64,000 nucleotides of DNA from Candidatus Brocadiia bacterium. GTDB lineage: Bacteria; Planctomycetota; Brocadiia; SM23-32. The translations under genes and the position numbers were made by a program. The stretch's first letter is position 1, and each line of letters starts with the position of its first letter. This document shows positions 58,658 through 64,000 of the stretch, piece by piece. The stretch covers positions 138,261 to 202,260 of the forward strand of contig JBKHIT010000001.1 in NCBI GenBank assembly GCA_046538485.1, written 5' to 3'. The notes beneath the pieces were generated by a model. The model worked only from the letters and a program-made list of their open reading frames with translations. It searched no databases and was not told the DNA's origin.

Positions 58658-59923
58658 ATGCAAATCGCTGACAAGCCTTTCGATGACGCTCGTGATTGGT
58701 TTCGCCGACGCCGGTCCGGTCTGTTCCTCCACTGGGGAATCTATGCCGTGCCCGCGTGGCACGAACAAATCCAGTGGCGGCGTCCGATCCCCGGTGAAAA
58801 ATACGCGACCTACGCCGATCAGTTCAATCCCGTCGAATACGATCCGGACCGCTGGCTCGATCACGCCGAAGAAGCCGGCATGCAATACGTCTGTTTCACC
58901 ACCAAACACCACGATGGTTTCTGCATGTGGGACACGGATGAGACGGATTTCAAAATCACCAGTACGCCCTACGGACGGGATGTCCTGGAGATGCTGGCCG
59001 ACGCCTGCCACCGCCGGGATTTTCCCCTCTGTCTCTACTACAGCGTGGTCGACTGGCATCATCCCAATTACCCCAACCAGGGACGAAGTCACGAGCTGGA
59101 TGCGCCTAAAAATGGAGACGACCCCGATCTGGAAAAGTACCTCGGATTCCTCCGCGCGCAGGTCCGGGAGCTCTGCACCCGCTACGGGGAACTCGGCGGA
59201 TTCTGGTGGGATATGAACGTCACAGAACATACCAACCCCTCCATCAATGAGATGATTCGCAAGCTCCAGCCGGGCGCAGTCATCAACAATCGGGGATTCG
59301 ACGAAGGAGATTATGGGACGCCCGAACGCGACCTCGAGCTGGAACAGAACGCCCCTTTCAAACACCTCACCGAAGCCTGTCAGTCGATCGGGAAACAGAG
59401 CTGGGGATATCGTGAGGACGAAGACTACTACACTCTGCGTCAGCTCCGTTCCAGCATAGACTACTATCTCAGCCGTGGAGGAAATTATCTGCTGAACGTC
59501 GGCCCGACCGCCAGAGGTAATTTCCCGTCCGAGGCAGTTCACATTCTGCGAAACCTCGGTCAATGGTATGACGCTGTGCGCGAAGCACTGCATGATGCCG
59601 ACCCGGTTTCGGGGCTGCTCGATTCAGATCGTTACCTGACGACACGACGTGACAACACTCTCTATGTTCACCTCCACCGCCCCCTGATCTGCGACGCCGT
59701 GGATCTGGCGCCTTTTCATACTTTGCCGCGGGAGGCCATCCTGTTAAATACCGGCGAAGAGGTCGAGTGCGATACCGACTGGTTGCCCTGGGATTTCATG
59801 AAGGTCAAAGGGGGAAACTGCGCGGGCCACCTGCGAGTCAAAAACATCCCCGCCGACGAGCTGTGCGGTCAAATCCCCGTATTCAAACTCGAGTTCGAAG
59901 ATCTCGACGCCGCGCGCGAGTGA
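58658..59923 (+). CDS. Alpha-L-fucosidase (GH29), no signal peptide
   Basis: GLFLHWGIYAV, TTKHHDGF, LYYS..DW, FWWD, INNR and NYLLNVGP motifs; AAGGAG RBS. Confidence 0.93.
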   Translation: MQIADKPFDDARDWFRRRRSGLFLHWGIYAVPAWHEQIQWRRPIPGEKYATYADQFNPVEYDPDRWLDHAEEAGMQYVCFTTKHHDGFCMWDTDETDFKITSTPYGRDVLEMLADACHRRDFPLCLYYSVVDWHHPNYPNQGRSHELDAPKNGDDPDLEKYLGFLRAQVRELCTRYGELGGFWWDMNVTEHTNPSINEMIRKLQPGAVINNRGFDEGDYGTPERDLELEQNAPFKHLTEACQSIGKQSWGYREDEDYYTLRQLRSSIDYYLSRGGNYLLNVGPTARGNFPSEAVHILRNLGQWYDAVREALHDADPVSGLLDSDRYLTTRRDNTLYVHLHRPLICDAVDLAPFHTLPREAILLNTGEEVECDTDWLPWDFMKVKGGNCAGHLRVKNIPADELCGQIPVFKLEFEDLDAARE

Positions 59924-59997
59924 ACTGGTCGCTCACAGTCTGACAGAATGCGCCACAAAGAGAAAAGATATCGTTGCGAATAAACCCCGGCGGTGCT

Positions 59998-62670
59998 TCA
60001 GCGTGATGCTTTTCTTCTGATGCAAATCGCAATGTCTTTGGGCCACCCCTCCACTTGCCCCTCCTTAATCTTTTTCCCTGAACCAGCATCGTCCCTTCGG
60101 TTTGGCCCGACGCTGTACACCACGTAGCCACTGTGAAGGCTACGAAACCGGAGCGGCGCATCGACGAACGGATCGCGCGGAACTTTATTCAGATATTGAG
60201 GCACCAGAGCTTTAAGATCGGGCGGAAGCCTGCCTTCGATCAAACGATAGCGCTCGACGGCAAGAGCCGTGCATGCGGCGCGAACTCTCGCGGCGTTTGA
60301 CACAAAGATAGTGCTGCGCCGAGCGGGCTCGACTGGCAACAGCAGCAAGCTAAAAAGCCCTCGGCTTCCGCGACTTTTTTCAAGTGTTTTGAATCGCCGC
60401 CCCCATCGCCGCATCGGATCCTCACAGATCTCGAGCGCGTCCGCCGTGAACCTGCTCGGACCAATGAGAGGCAAATGGAGCAAGCCGCTTCGATGAACGA
60501 GTCCGGACACTCTCCGTAACGATCTTCCTGATAACCAGCCTTCAGATTCGTCGCCAATTCCGTTTTCAAGGAAATGGGTCCACCAGTAGACCATGCAAGA
60601 ATGGTCGACGGCGAGCATGCGTGGGAATGTCTTTGGTCTTTCCGTCCGCATCAGGGAGTCCGCAAGCGTTTTCAGATCCGTTTCCTCTGGACTTGAGCGC
60701 ACGAGAACTTGATCAAGGCCATCCCGGACAAGCCTATCTACACAGGAAAGCCGGAGAAACTGGGACCCTGAATCGGGTTGATTTTTCAGGCTTTCGGCGA
60801 GCGCCACGCAGGCTTTGAGAGAGCGCACAGCGCCCGAACCGTCACCGTCCACCGCACGCACAACAGCCCGAAGAACCAACATACGTGCCCCATCGTTCAA
60901 TAATTCCGGGAAACTCTGTTCCCTAAACATCGGATCTTCCCGCACATTCCAGCTCCAATGACAATGTTGAATACGACTCGCTTCATGCAGTTTACGAAGC
61001 GCCTCCGCGTTGAGCCGTAGATATTCCCTGACCGCCTCCTCCAGTGGCGGGGGGAACGGCTCATACGGCTCGGGGAGTTCCGGTGAATCGCGTGTCCCCA
61101 GAAGAGGAATTTTTCCGGTCAATTGCTCGGGCACGTCCACGTATTTTTCGAACGCCTCCCGGTAGATCTTGGCGGCGTTCGGTCCTTTTGCTTCCTCCTG
61201 AATCAGCTCCTCTACCTCGTCGATCATGGCAGGATACCCAAGACTACGGATCCGTGCGCGGACGGCGTTAAATTTGCTCATCACAATTCCTCTGAACAAC
61301 AAAACGCCCCCTACAACCACCGCAAAAACGACTGAAAAAACCGCAATTGGTTTCAGGTGCGGCCATATTCCAGGGCGTTGTGGTCGCTTATCAGAATCCC
61401 ACGGCTCCATTTGGGCCTTCATTTTACCCGGGGGTAATGCGGACCCGGTCTGACCTGAATTCTCCGGCAATTCCTCTTGCCGGGCGGCAAGCTTAACTCC
61501 GAGACTTTCCGCCACAATTTTTCCTACCCGCCGCGCTTCCCTTTCGCGACCAACCCATACCGGCCTTGATTTACCATCCAGAGACACGACTTCAACACGT
61601 GCAATGAAACGACCGACCTGTCGCTGCTGACAAAGATGCACCAGGATACCTTTTATCTCATCTTTCGCACAGTGAACCGACCGCCATAACCATCCTATGC
61701 CCGACGAATTTAGACTCCCGGGTTCGACACGGAGAGTGGCCGGAAATATGCCGGAATGGGGGTGGAATATAAAAAGAAATACTTCCACAAGTGCAGCGGC
61801 TCCGAGGCAAATGAACCAGAAAGGCCATCCGAGGAAAAGCCACGCCCACATAGCAGCCATAATTCCGGCCATTCCGATCCCCGACATCTTGCCCAAAAAC
61901 CAATCAGTATCTGCGCGGGCCTGAAGCATGATCTTCGCCACTTCGAAATCGATATCGACGCGGGCCGGGTCCGGCCGTCGCAAACTGGTCCCGGTGACTC
62001 GTTCCCCCCACGCCCGCGGCGTCAGATCGACAATCTCCACGGAAGCGGTTTGCCGATCATCATTCCGGGGCTGAACAGTTTCTGGCCAGCGATTGGCCAT
62101 ATCCTCGGCCAGTATTACCAACCACTGAGCGGGATGGCCCCTTGCAATCGTGAACACTTTCTCCCCCCGCACCACCGCATGTAACAGAAAAGGCGGACTC
62201 GACCAGATGTCACGTTTTTTACGCGTTTCCTGTTCCCCCGCCCGCCCCACTGACGGCAGAGCAGAAACAACCAGCTGGCGGATATGACGGAGCTGGCGCG
62301 TACGGGAGACTCGGAGGCCTAAAAACACGAAGCTCTGTCGGAGCCGCCGGCTTCCCAGTTCAATTTCCTCATGCCCCAAAGACACAAAAAGTCCAAAAAA
62401 CATCCCTCCAATCGCGAGAAAAAGAAGGTAAGCCCTGACAAACCCCGACATCACCCCGTGGAAAGAAAAAAGCCGGACATCCCCCAAACCCGCAATCCCC
62501 GAGAGCAATATTGCAACGCATCCCGCAGCCACAAGCACCATGAGGCCGAGCAAAATCCAGCGGAGCACGTCTTTCTTCCGGGGCAAAACGTATCGCACAC
62601 CGTCGGAAAGCTCTTTAATGCGTATATCTTCCGGCAGGGGAGGTGTAATTGATAATTGGGGACGTACCAT
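59998..62670 (-). CDS. Multi-pass membrane protein fused to an exported helical domain with a GspG/PulG-like C-terminus
   Basis: About five TM segments, then ALAVERYRLIEGRLP..L..LVPQYL..VPRDPF...YSVGPNRRDDAG. Confidence 0.6.
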   Translation of the reverse strand: MVRPQLSITPPLPEDIRIKELSDGVRYVLPRKKDVLRWILLGLMVLVAAGCVAILLSGIAGLGDVRLFSFHGVMSGFVRAYLLFLAIGGMFFGLFVSLGHEEIELGSRRLRQSFVFLGLRVSRTRQLRHIRQLVVSALPSVGRAGEQETRKKRDIWSSPPFLLHAVVRGEKVFTIARGHPAQWLVILAEDMANRWPETVQPRNDDRQTASVEIVDLTPRAWGERVTGTSLRRPDPARVDIDFEVAKIMLQARADTDWFLGKMSGIGMAGIMAAMWAWLFLGWPFWFICLGAAALVEVFLFIFHPHSGIFPATLRVEPGSLNSSGIGWLWRSVHCAKDEIKGILVHLCQQRQVGRFIARVEVVSLDGKSRPVWVGREREARRVGKIVAESLGVKLAARQEELPENSGQTGSALPPGKMKAQMEPWDSDKRPQRPGIWPHLKPIAVFSVVFAVVVGGVLLFRGIVMSKFNAVRARIRSLGYPAMIDEVEELIQEEAKGPNAAKIYREAFEKYVDVPEQLTGKIPLLGTRDSPELPEPYEPFPPPLEEAVREYLRLNAEALRKLHEASRIQHCHWSWNVREDPMFREQSFPELLNDGARMLVLRAVVRAVDGDGSGAVRSLKACVALAESLKNQPDSGSQFLRLSCVDRLVRDGLDQVLVRSSPEETDLKTLADSLMRTERPKTFPRMLAVDHSCMVYWWTHFLENGIGDESEGWLSGRSLRRVSGLVHRSGLLHLPLIGPSRFTADALEICEDPMRRWGRRFKTLEKSRGSRGLFSLLLLPVEPARRSTIFVSNAARVRAACTALAVERYRLIEGRLPPDLKALVPQYLNKVPRDPFVDAPLRFRSLHSGYVVYSVGPNRRDDAGSGKKIKEGQVEGWPKDIAICIRRKASR

Positions 62671-63160
62671 CGCATATCCTTTTTTAGACAGCGGTTACGG
62701 ATTTCAAAGCGCCTCTCAGAGGGCTTACACCCGATTTTTGGGGTGTCAAAATCGCCCGTAAGACGAGAACTCTCTCGGGCATTCCAGCCGGTTCCGCTCT
62801 CTCCAGTGGTAGTCGGCATCCGGACTCGACCCGCGAGTTCCAAAAGTAATCTCGGTCCCAACAGCATCCGCGCCCATGTCCAATCCAACCCCGGCCTGCC
62901 TCATAGCAGAAATCATGGAAGTATTTTACCGGGTGGGGGGCGGATTTTAAAGGTTTGGTTTTGTCGTTCACCGGACATTTTGACAGAGGAATAAACGTCT
63001 GATGCTACCTTGGCGTAGATGATTTGCCAGCGGCAACGGGTGGTGGGAGACCGCTGGGAAGCCGCCCCCCCCGGAAATCAAATGTCACGGATCACTATGT
63101 GCGGCGGTAAAAACGCAGCCCTCCGGCAGGTCTCGCAGCAAAACAGCAGAACGACCAACG

Positions 63161-63190
63161 GCAGGTCCGCCTCGGCGATGCGGACCTACA
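63161..63190 (-). repeat. GTAG-type REP-like hairpin
   Basis: Minus strand reads TGTAGGTCCGC-ATCGCCGAG-GCGGACCTGC. Confidence 0.6.
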
Positions 63191-63220
63191 GCTACCTCGC
63201 ATTTCCCAACGTTTGTCCGC

Positions 63221-63263
63221 CAGCGGACTGGACTTCAGCCGGAGGCTGGAGTTCAGAACGCGG
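63221..63263. repeat. 43-bp dispersed hairpin repeat, copy 3 (inverted)
   Basis: CAGCGGACTGGACTTCAGCCGGAGGCTGGAGTTCAGAACGCGG. Confidence 0.85.
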
Positions 63264-63372
63264 TCCGTAAACCAACGGGCCCGCGCCCGTGGAGGCAACG
63301 GATTAACAATTGAGTTCAGTACCCGGGTCTGGCAGTGCAAAGTTCGATAACCACGGCACACGCTTCCGCTGT

Positions 63373-63950
63373 TCACCACGAAGAACGCAAAGAGGGACGG
63401 TCAGGTTAAACGGCGTAACGACAGGCTTGCCCGCAGAGGCGCGGAGACGCGGAGGACGGCGGGGGATCTGTGACCGGTAATCGGTGAGCGGTTGGGCAAA
63501 CCACAGACGATCAGAGGGCAGAGGACAGATGTCAGCGACGGCGGTGGCGTCGAGGAAGTTCAGAAGCTATGAAGTTTAGAAGCTGAGCCACCCTCCGGGG
63601 CGATCGGTCACCAGAGACCAGATGTCAGAGGGCAGACGTCAGAAGTCAGCGACGGCGGACGGCAGACGGCAAGGAAGCTGGGAAACTATGAAGTTGCGAA
63701 GATAGGGCGAACGGCTTGTGAGTTGGAAAACTGAGAAGATCAGAACTTCAGAAACGAGCGAGTCGCAAAATAAGCAAGATGAATAGGTGAAAAGTATAAA
63801 CCTGCGGAGTTTAGAAACTACGAAACTGCGAAGCGACGAACACGACGAACGGCAGACGGCGACAAGGAGTGACCGGTGATCAGTCACCAGCAACCAGCTC
63901 CAGTCCGTTATCAGTTCACCAGAAACCAGCAACGAGAGGTGATCAGGTTC
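63373..63950 (+). repeat. Purine-skewed patchwork of degenerate 7-, 8- and 9-mer tandem repeats
   Basis: For example CCAGAGA-CCAGATG-TCAGAGG-GCAGACG-TCAGAAG (63611) and GAAGTTCA-GAAGCTAT-GAAGTTTA-GAAGCTGA (63555). Confidence 0.8.
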
Positions 63951-63969
63951 AACGACAACGGAAAACGGC

Positions 63970-63997
63970 AAAGCGGCGAAGAATCGCCGCACTCCAT
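63970..63997 (-). repeat. GGAG-type REP-like hairpin
   Basis: Minus strand reads TGGAGT-GCGGCGA-TTCT-TCGCCGC-TTT. Confidence 0.6.
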
Positions 63998-64000
63998 AGC

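Noticed and set aside
63373..63950. Possible CRISPR array
   Set aside because: There is no constant 23-47-bp repeat with unique spacers and no cas genes; the units are degenerate 7-9-mers.
63639..63992. 117-aa minus-strand ORF
   Set aside because: Its low-complexity S/L/F/V composition is just the translation of the purine-skewed repeats, and it starts inside a REP-like hairpin.

Overview
A 64-kb bacterial chromosomal window, most consistent with an uncultured Planctomycetota/PVC organism. The basis is a TPR protein with two RNAP alpha-CTDs, DUF1559-like prepilin-type proteins and PVC-style intergenic hairpin repeats. The first ~19.6 kb is mostly housekeeping: partial queH, ruvB, ruvA, TPR-(alphaCTD)2, kdsA, nadD, glyA, a dinB-like gene, efp, DUF2851, a GT-C-like membrane protein, HD-GYP, an MBL hydrolase and a two-domain NDK-like protein. 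The remaining ~44 kb is an accessory carbohydrate-utilisation region: esterase, sulfatase, very large secreted proteins, two DUF4838-like proteins, a CehA/McbA-like metallohydrolase, a prepilin-type protein, GH106-like and GH29 enzymes, and an amino-sugar redox/deacetylase/aminotransferase cluster. The most notable observations are: (1) a SusCD-free glycan locus built around a pseudopilin-like gene, with a new-looking C-terminal module shared three times between two giant exported proteins; (2) a dinB-like gene with an SOS-box-like CTAT-N8-ATAG palindrome filling its promoter spacer and a Tyr at the first catalytic Asp; (3) EF-P with a non-canonical VGKKG tip loop; (4) a ~1150-codon gene split by an A9 run; (5) a headless pilin-like remnant cut at a palindromic repeat; and (6) several dispersed hairpin repeat families plus a 1-kb patchwork of 7/8/9-mer repeats. 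No rRNA, tRNA, CRISPR array or transposase was recognised. All family assignments come from motifs read by eye, not from database searches.
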